Positions 48,461-59,023 of a DNA stretch of 64,000 nt are shown piece after piece. The stretch lies in assembly GCA_002104905.1 (NCBI GenBank), contig MCFE01000467.1:1-64000 (forward strand). The letters are read 5' to 3'. Each line of letters begins with the position of its first letter. Positions within the stretch are counted from its first letter, which is position 1. The notes beneath the pieces were generated by a model. That model did not search any database. It worked only from the letters and a program-made list of their open reading frames with translations, and was not told where the DNA came from. The translations under genes were made by a program, and so were the position numbers. Source of the DNA: Basidiobolus meristosporus CBS 931.73 (Eukaryota > Fungi > Basidiobolomycota).

Positions 48461-51109
48461 ATGTTTCGTAGAGGATACATTGCACTTGCACCTGACTATT
48501 GGGGCTCGGCATCAGTTAGACTCACGAGAGCACACCTAGATAGAATAGTGAGGCGCCACCAGAGCTCTTTAGTCGAGAGTTTAGAGTCGAATCTACTAGC
48601 CAAAAATCGGGAAAATGCTTGGTCCAATTTCAATCAGCTCCTGAACTCCGGGAAAGAAAATGGTATCAAAGCAAGTCAATACTCAAAGCTGCTTGAATTG
48701 GTGGTTTCTGTACCAAGGGTGAGCATTACGGAGCGAGCAAGAGGCCAGAAGATTCTGCTTTCCATGCAAAGGAACCAAGTTCGATTTACAAATTGTACAG
48801 AGTACGCTTCACTGATTTTGTTTCATGCGAAGAACGGAAGAATCGATTTGATCAAAAGAACATTGGCTGAGATGAAGAGACAAGGTATCGAACCCGACGC
48901 CTCAATATATCACTACTGGATAAAAGAAACCATCCCCCGAAACTTTTCTGCCGGACTCGAGGTCATAAAATACATGGAAGCGTGTGGAGTGAAGCCGGAA
49001 CTTCCCACCATAGAGATTCTACGGAAGGCAGCTCTTGAGAAAAACGAGCTTGAGACGCTAACTAAGATCGAGGAAAAGTTCGGTAACCTGAGGGCGCAGG
49101 AGGGTACGCAAGCATACGCCGCTCAAATCGAAAATTATACACGGGCTCTAGAGATCAAGAAGGCGGAGGGGCTTTTTGAGGTGATGAAGCAAGCAAAGGT
49201 GTCACCAGACTCCCTGACGTATAATTCGATGATCCGAATGTATGGGAGGGTAAGGGATTACGAGAGCGTTCTCTCACTATACAATGCCGTGAGGGCTGCT
49301 GGGCTCCGGTTGACAGAATCGTCCTACAATTACACGGCTATTTCGCTAGCCAGTTTCTCCAGACTTGACGAAGCCCTGAAGGTTCTAGAGGAGATGGCGG
49401 CGCGGAGATTGCGTCCGGACCAACACTGTTATGACCTGGTTGTTCGTGAACTACTCACTGTGTCTCGGCCAGTCGACGCGTTTAACTTGTATCGGCAAGC
49501 GCTCGACTCGAAGACCTTGTTGTCAGTGAAGACGTTCACTAGGTTGATCCATCATCAATTAAAGCAGAGGAACAGCACCGAGGCCATGCAAATATATCAA
49601 GACATGCTTCAACAGGGGATCACGCCCGACGCCAGGGTATTGACGGTTTTGGTGGAAGTTCAAAGTAGATTTGGCTGTACCGACCATGCTGATTTCCTAT
49701 GGAATGAGGTTCGGAGACACAAGGTTCAAATGGACGACTACCTTTGCAATACGCTGCTCAATGCATGCATTAGAAACTCCTCCAGTGAATCGGCAGTGGA
49801 GGTGTTTGAGGCAGGCCGGCGGCTCGGGTATAGTTTCGATCGGAGTGTGTATCGTGCTCTTCTCCAGCTTTGCCTGAATGGAAATCAACTTGATGCCGCC
49901 AAACGAATTCTGTCACCTCCAACCCTTGAGCCAAAGGTCGACATAGTCACGTGCACAATGCTGCTTCGCTCTTTTGCGGACCAATTTGATCTAGATGGCG
50001 TTCGAATGGTCCACAGATTGATCGACTCCAACAATGTCCAGTTGGACATCATTGCACTGAATACCCTGCTAGATTCCTATGGCAAGTGCGGAATATTGCG
50101 AGAGGCCGAGAGGCTTTTCTCTGCCCATCTTGCACCCAATAGCTATCCCAAGTTGGATACCATTTCGTACAACACCATGATTCGTAGCTATACCCTAAGA
50201 AACATGTTTGCCCAGGCCGACGATACGTTGGAGTCAATGATCAGCGCGGGGTTATTGCCAAGCACTGTGACCTTCAATACCTTGATCGCTGGATACATCA
50301 GACATGGGGACTTGGCTCGAGCCGAAAGTCTCGTTCTTAGGATGCAGAAACTAAAAATCCCCAGGAACACCGTCACCTTCAACACCATGATACTCGGCTA
50401 TATGTCAGATTCCAATATTGACGCGGCGAGTAGCAGCTACAAGGAAATGCTGGCTCTTGGAGTCAAGCCTGATGTCCAGACCTTTGATACACTTATCCAC
50501 GGTTGCATGAACCACTCTCGCTTTACCCAGGCGAGGCAGTGGTTTGAAGAGATGGCCAGGACTGACACTCAGCCTACGATTGAGACGTTTAACACCTTCA
50601 TGAACGGATATCTCAAAGCCTATCGGATAGATGACGCCCTCCGGGTATTCGATGATCTGTACACCCGTCTACCAATCGCCCCCACTGTCGTCACTTACGG
50701 CATCCTGATGAACTGCTGGAGTTACGCGAAAAACCATGAGAAGGTACTCGCTATGTGGAGCAAACTGCAAAGCGAGCCCAATTTCGCCCGGTGGGATCCA
50801 ACCGGATGCATCAGTGTACTCTTGGATTCATGTGGGGTGAATGCCGACCTCGACGAGCTGGAGAAGCGGTGGTCGGAAGTCAACGCCCTCAATGTACCTC
50901 TGAGCGAGAACAATTATGCATCCTACTGTGAGGCCTTGGTCCGTTGCCGCCAGCGCAACAAAGCAGTCGAAGTGCTGGAGTCATGGCATCAAAAGAACGG
51001 TAAGATCAGTGGTAAAACCGGGGAGGTGATGCTGAAGTTGCTTTCACATGACAAGCCTCTGGCCGCGAGAATCAAGAGGTGTCTTCACAATGATACGACA
51101 GAGCAATAA
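48461..51109 (+). CDS. Pentatricopeptide repeat protein, probably mitochondrial, intronless, 882 aa
   Basis: Many 35-aa repeats (TYNSMIRMY, SYNTMIRSY, TFNTLIAGY, TFDTLIHGC, TYGILMNCW); Arg-rich N-terminus. Confidence 0.93.
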   Translation: MFRRGYIALAPDYWGSASVRLTRAHLDRIVRRHQSSLVESLESNLLAKNRENAWSNFNQLLNSGKENGIKASQYSKLLELVVSVPRVSITERARGQKILLSMQRNQVRFTNCTEYASLILFHAKNGRIDLIKRTLAEMKRQGIEPDASIYHYWIKETIPRNFSAGLEVIKYMEACGVKPELPTIEILRKAALEKNELETLTKIEEKFGNLRAQEGTQAYAAQIENYTRALEIKKAEGLFEVMKQAKVSPDSLTYNSMIRMYGRVRDYESVLSLYNAVRAAGLRLTESSYNYTAISLASFSRLDEALKVLEEMAARRLRPDQHCYDLVVRELLTVSRPVDAFNLYRQALDSKTLLSVKTFTRLIHHQLKQRNSTEAMQIYQDMLQQGITPDARVLTVLVEVQSRFGCTDHADFLWNEVRRHKVQMDDYLCNTLLNACIRNSSSESAVEVFEAGRRLGYSFDRSVYRALLQLCLNGNQLDAAKRILSPPTLEPKVDIVTCTMLLRSFADQFDLDGVRMVHRLIDSNNVQLDIIALNTLLDSYGKCGILREAERLFSAHLAPNSYPKLDTISYNTMIRSYTLRNMFAQADDTLESMISAGLLPSTVTFNTLIAGYIRHGDLARAESLVLRMQKLKIPRNTVTFNTMILGYMSDSNIDAASSSYKEMLALGVKPDVQTFDTLIHGCMNHSRFTQARQWFEEMARTDTQPTIETFNTFMNGYLKAYRIDDALRVFDDLYTRLPIAPTVVTYGILMNCWSYAKNHEKVLAMWSKLQSEPNFARWDPTGCISVLLDSCGVNADLDELEKRWSEVNALNVPLSENNYASYCEALVRCRQRNKAVEVLESWHQKNGKISGKTGEVMLKLLSHDKPLAARIKRCLHNDTTEQ

Positions 51110-51213
51110 TAAAGATCATATTGTATTGCTAACTATCGCTTTATTAAATGGTCAACGGCGTTATTGTGATTGAGCGTGTGAAGGCAAATAAGTGTAGAGG
51201 GGGTCGATGCTAC

Positions 51214-53077
51214 TTAGTTCACCATCTCAAACCCTTCCTCAAACGTGTCGAATTCCTCGTCCGAAAGGTACATCGGGGTATCGCGGGCCACGGCCAAGAT
51301 GGGTGCCTCGCACTCTTTGCTCAGCTACAAACGAAGGGAAGTTAGACCGATGCCTGTCTGATTCTGCTGCACTCAGATACCTCTTCCAGCCTTTGAAGGA
51401 ACAGATCGATGTCTGCTTGGTCTCGACAATAGAAGCCAAACAGCATGCACGGGTCAATCTTCTGGATGTTGATGGTGCGGATCTCGCTGCAATGGTACGT
51501 CGACAGCTCCTAGCAGTATTCTTAAGTAACGAAGTGTGGCGCAGCAATCGATGGGACCTACCTCTTCGGTGAGTTTGGTCGATGTTGCCGGACGAGGATA
51601 GTGGGGATCTAGGTAATACAGCGAGTCGCCTTCAACAAAGGTGTTAGCCGTGTGCTGGAGATGCGAATTGGTAGCGTACCTTCATATGCAAGAAAATATA
51701 GAGATGCCGAAGGTTTCCCGCTAGCAAACGAATAGAAATTATTAGATCAGTCCGGATCGACGGGGCTATCATCCAGGACACTACCCAGCAATACCAAGGC
51801 TCTGAGGCAATCCTAGCAGTTTCTATTCTCAAGTTAGATGGATGATGGTTTGGCGGAATGGGGCCATTACGGGTTACCTTGATGCCATGGAAATATATTG
51901 GGTTCAGGGTGTTGATTCCAAGTCGCGTAGGAAGCAGGACTAACAGTGGCTTATTGCCTTGGGTCAACATCCTTAACTGGTCTTTGTAGATTACGCTGTC
52001 CGTGGCGACGTACACTCCAAGATCTAGAGGTTGGTAAGAGTTTACCAACGCCCTTGACCACGACTATCGTAAGTACACCGTATCAAACACCAGCACACAT
52101 AGGGCAGATTACCTGATGGCCTGCGATGCGGTAAATGGGCCAAACCATTCGCCGATGTTCTTTCCTAATTGTCTTCCTTGGATACAAAAGTTATGCAGGG
52201 AGAAGGGGGTCTGGCTGTTTAGATCATCCAGAAACAGACGGACTATCTAGAGGGATTCAACTGATCAGCACCGGTGGTCCTCTCAAGTGGACGCCTGGAA
52301 CAAACCTGAACATAAGTTCGTTCCTTCTCGGATGAGGTGCAATTCTTGCGCCACCCTGGAGAGCTGTTGTTAAATACTGTTAGGCTAGAAGTCGATGCCA
52401 CTGGACACATTACCTCTCCCCAGCTTCTGCATCACAAGTGCCTGCCCCAATAACATTTGAGCCGACCGCAACATGCACCCCCATCCTACGTCCGACACGT
52501 ACTCCGAAGGTCGAATCGCTGGGAACCCTGTTCGATAGGTGAACCACAGCCGGGACTTGAAGTCCTCGATAAACTCCAAAGGGTACTTCTCTTTGGTCTC
52601 CGCCAGCTGACTACGAGTGAAAGCATACGTCTCCCCAAGCATGTGAATAGTCCTATCGTCTGGTTCACCACCGGAAAGTTTTCCTGGAATAAGAGGCTTA
52701 ATCCAGTCTGTTATACGGTTACTCGCCACCTCTGCTGCTCCCTGGATTCTTCGGAGAGTGCTGTGACCGGCCTGATACAAAGTTCGATCGTTGAGTTTGA
52801 AAAAGCCATTGATCGCTTGGCCGCGGTCCTCAGCGGGGAGATTCGTTTCGGTTACAGGGGAATTACCAAGAATATCGATGTCAAGTAGCTCCTCTTCAAC
52901 GAAGGGAGGTTCGGCTCGCTTGGAGGTGCCGCAATCTTCAGTGGAGGCCGGTTTTTTTGCCAACACCTCCCCTACTGCTGAAGCACCGGATTCCGTGAGC
53001 AACAATAGACTTGACATTGAGTGAGGACTTGGGTTAGAGGAGTCCTCGGTTGAATGAGCAGGCTTGAAAGTCTCCAT
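51214..53077 (-). CDS. ATG4: Autophagy cysteine protease Atg4, multi-exon
   Basis: SRLWFTYR, SDVGWGCMLRSAQM (catalytic Cys), GEWFGP, GIAGGKP, YYLDPH, IDPCMLFGF; acidic C-terminus ending FEMVN. Confidence 0.95.
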
Positions 53078-53742
53078 AGACTAGTGGATTAGATCAAAGC
53101 CAAGGAGATTGTTGACAGACGGTGGCAATAAAAGGGACTTTTACCAAGTGTTTATCAAGGAAGCGATGTTGTAGATCTACCCTGACTTCTCAACACTCAA
53201 GGAAACGCTATCTTAGAGAAGGGGCGTGGTGAGTCTAGGCTACGCGCCGGAGTAGGCGACAATTCAAGCGTGTGTAGTGTATATCTGTGGGATGGTAGTA
53301 CACGTGGAGGGTACTCTCCTATGATCTCATTCACTGTCACGGAAGGAAACGAAGTACCAGAAAGCTCTCCGGTAGTCAATAAAAGTGGACGATTACACCA
53401 TCACTACAGAAGTCCAGTTCGGATAATGTGACTGTGAGAAGTGGTTTAGATGAAGTTAAACTTATGGCACTTTGGTTAACTTAAGCGGACTTTAATGATT
53501 ATATAGCATAACACTACGGATGAAACAAATATGCAATCAATACGACAGATGATGGATTCTATTTCCCAGTGGTTCGTAAAGGTGAGCGGTGAGTGGGCCT
53601 AATATATATAATGAATCTATCGTTTCGACCCAAAATAAAGGCGAAATATATACAGTGAATTGAGTAGCGAGAGTGCGAATAAATTAAGATCACTCTGGAT
53701 CGTGTCACCCAGCGTCTAGTAATTGATGATTGTCGTCTCTAG

Positions 53743-54354
53743 TCAGACCTTGTCTGTTATCTCCGAGGTATCAACCTCAATAGTCTCCGGTGTCGACAAG
53801 ATCACGGTGGAGACGTACAACCCAACCACGGCGGCCATGATCTGAACAGCCCCGCCGACCTTGTAGCAGAATTCCACGCCAAACAGTTGAGCAATAGAGA
53901 GGAAAATCAGACTGATGAACAGAAGGAAGAAGGTGGTGAAGGAGGTCTTAGGCTGAGTGCGCCAAGCCGAGTAGGAGAACATGGCGTTTAGGATGACCCA
54001 AGCAAAGGTACAGATTCCCGTAGCTTTCATGTATGTTCCGTCGGTGTAAGACTGCTCTATTCCGGCTATAGGCAGGAAGTTGATACCAGTAGTAAACCAG
54101 AAGGCGCCGTAAATGGCAAACGCACAGCCACCAAAACTGTTTCCTCTGGCGAAATCCCACATACCGGCGCTGAATTGGCAGAGCCCGCCCATGAAGAAGC
54201 CCCAGCCGCAGATAACCGTCGCATTGTTGGTGACTATTCCGAGAGAGAGAAGGGCGAGGACGAAAGTGGAGATGGAGAAGCTGATGATGCCCAGGGCAGT
54301 GGGGTTGGCCTGTTTCTTCGGGGTATGGTGGCAGTTGCAGGTGCAGGTACTCAT
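53743..54354 (-). CDS. Gpr1/Fun34/YaaH (SatP/Ady2) acetate-transporter family, intronless, 203 aa
   Basis: ANPTALG (NPAPLG-like), GGLCQF.AGMWDF..GNSFG..AF..YGAFW, six TM segments. Confidence 0.92.
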   Translation of the reverse strand: MSTCTCNCHHTPKKQANPTALGIISFSISTFVLALLSLGIVTNNATVICGWGFFMGGLCQFSAGMWDFARGNSFGGCAFAIYGAFWFTTGINFLPIAGIEQSYTDGTYMKATGICTFAWVILNAMFSYSAWRTQPKTSFTTFFLLFISLIFLSIAQLFGVEFCYKVGGAVQIMAAVVGLYVSTVILSTPETIEVDTSEITDKV

Positions 54355-55363
54355 TTTCGAAATAAGCAGAGAAATCTACGCGATGCTCGGACATCTGGGG
54401 AGGTTTTGTAGTCCCACCTGGCGATTCTTTCGGAATGGATTCCTTCGTTTTGGACCCGTTTCGAAATTCGCCTCACTGCATTTAGTGCACCGTGCCCAGA
54501 ATAGTCAACCGTCGAACTTCTGGAGTCAGCACCGCGGGCGAATTGGAGGCCTTCCTGAGGCGGGGCTCATCCATTGTTGATGGCACCAATCCCTTTTCCG
54601 GAGAAATCCCTGGATTCGAGCGAAGAGGGAGATAGAATTCCCAAAAGTGCTTGGCAGGTAAGGAATAAGCAGTTTTCAGTAAATAAGCATTCTAAATTGA
54701 GACCAATCTGCTGTGGATTTCAAGTGATGCAGTTTCTATAAATCGAAATCAACGCCGCTTAGCTAATTTACTTGGGGTGGATGTCCAATCGATGCTCCAC
54801 TGAGGAGCCAATTATTCAACTGGCTGTCTGTGGATGCGCCTCATGTCAAAAAATTCTAAATCGTGTTAGCTTATATAGGGGTGACACAGGATTGGTGGCC
54901 GATTTTTCAAGCTATCTGCCCTCGCGGTGGGTGCTCAGTCATCCACTAGAAAGAGGTGAACTTTGATGTCATGGTTCTACGCATAATCCATCGGTAACTG
55001 GTGATGAAGCTATGATCATTGGCAGGGGGATGACAAGCGATCTGAGCCTATTATTGTCAAACATCGCCAATGCTCATGGCGCTCGGCAAAAGCTGATTGG
55101 GGGGAAAAAAGCACTTTAGTAGACATGATTTAATCTATTCCATTTGACGGCTTAGAGTGCGTTTGTATGATCAATCGTGACGTTCAGATAAATGGTATAT
55201 ATCAAGCCAATCTGTAATTCAAATCTATATATGAATTAAGCGTGTATACCGCCTGTATATGAAATCTATATCAAATCGGTACATCGTCACGAAGTGATTC
55301 ATCATTCCAGGTATTTAAGTGCGCGCTGGCCACACCAACGTCTCTCAGCCAGCCCCCTTCAAT

Positions 55364-56041
55364 ATGTTTGACAATAACGTAGTTGTTGCTACCCAGCATG
55401 TGATCGATCATTATTTTAGTTCCAAGCCGAAGGACCTTGTGCAGAGAGAGATAGTCCTGGGTAGCAAGCCGCTACCACACACCATCCTAACCAGATCCTC
55501 TCCAAACCTCGAGTGCCTCATCAAATCCCACATCATCAGCATCACATCAAACACCGTCAACCATCTGTTCGAGTGTGCCCTACCCAACCCCAGCATGCCC
55601 AACAACCTGCCGCAGCTAGACGCCTTCATCACGCGAGTATTTCGCCGCTCCAACCTACCCCTCAACAACCTCCTGACCGCGTTGCTGTATCTCGTCCGCC
55701 TCAAAGAATACCACCCGTCGTGCAAAGGGACACTCGGATCCGGACACCGACTGTTCCTCGCTGCATTGATGATGGCCAACAAATACCTGCACGACGGCGC
55801 CTATCACAACAAAACATGGCGAAAGATAGCGGACGGCTTCTACGAGCTGCAGGATCTCAATCAGATGGAGTCCGAGTTCCTCAGCCTGCTGAAATTCGAG
55901 TTGGCGGTGAAGCCTGCCGAGTGGGTGGAGTTCATGGACATCATGGATGGGAAGCTCACCCGAAGCTGGGCCCGGAAAGGCATCCAGGGCCCCAGAGGAT
56001 ATCTGTTCAAGAAGATGACTGCACACATGGACCTCAGCTAA
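55364..56041 (+). CDS. Pho80/Pcl1-like cyclin, intronless
   Basis: L..FITRVFRRSNL...LL.ALLYLVRL..HRLFLAALMMANKYLHD..Y.NK.W..LNQME.EFL.LL.F.L. Confidence 0.88.
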   Translation: MFDNNVVVATQHVIDHYFSSKPKDLVQREIVLGSKPLPHTILTRSSPNLECLIKSHIISITSNTVNHLFECALPNPSMPNNLPQLDAFITRVFRRSNLPLNNLLTALLYLVRLKEYHPSCKGTLGSGHRLFLAALMMANKYLHDGAYHNKTWRKIADGFYELQDLNQMESEFLSLLKFELAVKPAEWVEFMDIMDGKLTRSWARKGIQGPRGYLFKKMTAHMDLS

Positions 56042-56278
56042 CCCCCCCCCTCTCACGTTAACCCGCTATGTATATTGTAACCCAGTAAGCTATGTAGATA
56101 TGAACATATATAAATTCCAGACGATACGAAATAAATCATTTCGGTGGCATATCATGGTCAAGGTTGGCTTTTCAAATGGTCAATTTAATCCGGATCTGGG
56201 TACGTGTGCAGAAGAAGAAATGAGGGTTGAAGTTCAATTATCTACTGGGTTATAAAAATACAAAATGGCCAGCTTTTA

Positions 56279-57214
56279 TTAGTTCGCCATGCTGGCGCGT
56301 AACTCGGCAAGTTCGGCATCCTCGTCCTCCTCTTCCTGGATCTTGCTGCGCACTAGATGGGTGGGATTTGGGTGAGTACGTGTTGGTCGAGGGGGTACAT
56401 TGGATGCTTGGTGGGTTGCTTACGAGGTTGATTTGGAACGCTGGGCATATGAACTGGAGGCGCCTCGGCTCCCAAGAGTTTCGAGTCGAGTTCTTCTTGC
56501 TCAAGCTCCTCAAGCTCGGCGTTAAGCTCGTCCTAGAGTTGAAATAGTAAGCAACTTGTGAAGAAGAGGTGAGTGGGAAAGAAAGGGGGTCATCTTCCCT
56601 GCGACATACCTCATCCATATCGTATCCAAAGCCAACAGGCTGGGAAATGGCGTCGGAAATCTCGTTGGCCAAGTCCATTTGCTCGCGGATCTCGTCCATT
56701 GTGGAGTCCACTTTGTCGATATCCCTTTTAAAAAAAAGGTGGGTGAGTAAGGTTCGGGCGGCACTCAAGGTACATAGAGTAACAATACAGTTTTCCGTGG
56801 ATGTTCTTCATGGCATCCGAACCAGCCTTCATGGCATTCATCGTTTCCAGATTTACGTTGGCACTCTCGATGGCCATCACTTGAGTCTCAATGGTCATCC
56901 GTGAGCCGGAGATTTTTTCGATCTGAACCTCGTATTGCTTCTTGCGCTTCAAGGCCATCAATGCAGCTAGATGGGAGGAAGGAGGAGAGGGGTAAGTCTC
57001 GGTTACGGACTCAACAGTACTGCCACACCATGACCCTTGATACGCTACCTCTCTTGTTTTTCGTAGCGTTGGCCTTGGCAACCTTCAGCTCGTTGTCGAT
57101 TTTGGTCTGCAGGAAATTCTCTCGCTTCTCAAGCATAAGAAGCGTCTCTCGTAAGCGAACGATGGCATCCTTGGGGGTGGACTTCGCCTTGGCCTTTCCG
57201 AAAAATAGATTCAT
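56279..57214 (-). CDS. SNF7: ESCRT-III subunit Snf7/Vps32, 5 exons
   Basis: AI..LRE...MLEKRE..L..KI, ALMALKRKK.YE, MAIESAN.N.ET, DKVDSTMDEIREQM, DEDELNAELEELEQE, ELAELRASM. Confidence 0.96.
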
Positions 57215-57439
57215 CTTCGATTAAGGGGTTTGTGTATAGATGAGGGGTGGGTGCTGGGCTGGTGGGAAGGGTCGTGGGTGTTGGCAAGCAAGCGTCTCTG
57301 AAGGGAGCGATTAATGAATTAGTGGTCAAGTTACTGTTGGAAAATTTTCGATTTTCCACTCATGAATTATGTAAGATTTCCGATGGATGATTTGTGATTG
57401 ATTAATTGGAGCCAACGCTCGCTCGAATACGTATGCAAA

Positions 57440-57480
57440 CCCAATCCTGACCCTGACCCTGACCCTGACCCTGACCCTAA
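57440..57480. repeat. Interstitial telomere-like hexamer array
   Basis: CCCAA TCCTGA (CCCTGA)4 CCCTAA, i.e. TTAGGG(TCAGGG)4 on the minus strand. Confidence 0.9.
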
Positions 57481-58132
57481 CTCTGATTTCATCTCTACTC
57501 AGGTGAGAGAGAGCACCCGCCCCGGTATGATCACGTGACACGCATACCTGGTATGTGGGTAAGTTAAGTATCGGTTCCCAGGTTGTTTCTTATCAAACAT
57601 CTGGTGCCAGTTGACCAACTCAAGTGACCAGGAGTCAAGACAGTCTCGTGGACACAGCAGATAGCTTAACCCTTGTCCACGGATTTATCGAGAATCCAGG
57701 TAATCCATAAATGGGGTGATTCCCCATGGCCATATGGGGAAATGCAATGGTAAAGAACCGCCCGTCGTTCGTTCCAACCGTGCAGTGTCTGGACCGAGGG
57801 GTTCTGGCGAATTTTCTGGAATCAGCCTGGATTTCCGCAGCGGGGTTTTTTGGGGAGCGGTGATGCCCACCGAATCTGGTCTGCTCAGTGGTGGGTCGAG
57901 AGGGCGTTGGGGGGATGGTCGCGAGGAATATTGGGGAATGGAGACGAGCGCAATTGGCATCGTGTGACTGCCCACTCGATCCGTCAAGTCCCTGCTGCCA
58001 CTGAAAATTTGCTGGAAATGATGGATTTATTACATTAAGCACTATGGTACAACGAACGGCGGTGAGTGGGAAGTGCTGATCTAAACTATGTTACAGTGTA
58101 CAAATTTTGGGTAAAAATCTACATGGTACTGG

Positions 58133-59023
58133 TTAGGAACGGACCAGTCGCTTCACCATGGGGCGATTACGTTCAGTGAGAATCTTTTTACTGCATCGGT
58201 GAAGGAGCATGAGGAACTTCTGCTGTTTCTCGGTGGGGACTTGGTTTTGCGGGTTGAAGAGGGCCTCCAGGAGGGAGTTGTCCAGGAGCGGTGGAGAGGG
58301 CAGTGCGCTACGGTGAGGACGACCCGTGTCCAACAGCAGGTTCTTTCGCAGCGCATTGATGGTGTGCGAATCTAGCTTCTGGCGGTTGATGTTGGTGTTC
58401 TGCATCAGGTCGGCTAGGTCATCCACGTACAGGGAAACGGAGGTCTTGGCTGATTTAAGGGGGGTTTCACATTCGGGTGGGGGAGTGACCATGCGCGATC
58501 TGGTAGGAGCGTGGGAAGCCGTTGGTTGCGGGGAGAGGAGGAGGTGATTGCCAAATTTCAGGAGATCGAGGGGATGTACCATCAGATCAAACTTGCTGAG
58601 GAAGAGGAACTCCAGCTCAAGGGCATTCAGGTCGCCCAGCGTGATGCCGGCCACCTGAGCATACCGTGAGTTGGTGAAATAGACGTCGGAGCTGTATTTG
58701 GAGGCGATGACAATCCCAGTGACCAGCAGACGGTGGATGTTGTAGGAGTTGATGGCGAAGGGGCTGGCCGTCTCCTTAGAGCACCGCACAATACGGTCGA
58801 GGTAGATCAAGGCGCTGAGGAGGCACTCGTTGTTGAATGGCGTGTATTTCAGGATTCGAAGCAGATACTCCTCAACTCCAATGGTGGGGATTGATCTGGA
58901 ATGGAAGCAAGAGGGCGATCTTGCTCCACATGCGTCGTTGATTGCAATCATGGACTTGAGCATGCGTGAGACGAGGGCCACCGTCTGCTTCACCGGATGC
59001 GTAGCAATGTCAAATTGGACCAT
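58133..59023 (-). CDS. Pho80/Pcl6-7 (cyclin U)-like cyclin, intronless, 296 aa
   Basis: FHSRSIPTIGVEEYLLRILKY..ECLL.ALIYLDRI..NIHRLL...ASKY.SD.YFTNSRYA.VAG..LN.LELEFL. Confidence 0.92.
   Translation of the reverse strand: MVQFDIATHPVKQTVALVSRMLKSMIAINDACGARSPSCFHSRSIPTIGVEEYLLRILKYTPFNNECLLSALIYLDRIVRCSKETASPFAINSYNIHRLLVTGIVIASKYSSDVYFTNSRYAQVAGITLGDLNALELEFLFLSKFDLMVHPLDLLKFGNHLLLSPQPTASHAPTRSRMVTPPPECETPLKSAKTSVSLYVDDLADLMQNTNINRQKLDSHTINALRKNLLLDTGRPHRSALPSPPLLDNSLLEALFNPQNQVPTEKQQKFLMLLHRCSKKILTERNRPMVKRLVRS

Noticed and set aside
54999-55098. GTGATGA...CTGA box C/D-like arrangement
   Set aside because: No terminal stem and no convincing rRNA-complementary guide
57635-58042. Overlapping 60-135 aa ORFs between SNF7 and the cyclin
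   Set aside because: No motifs, no coding-like bias; probably promoter and 3' UTR sequence
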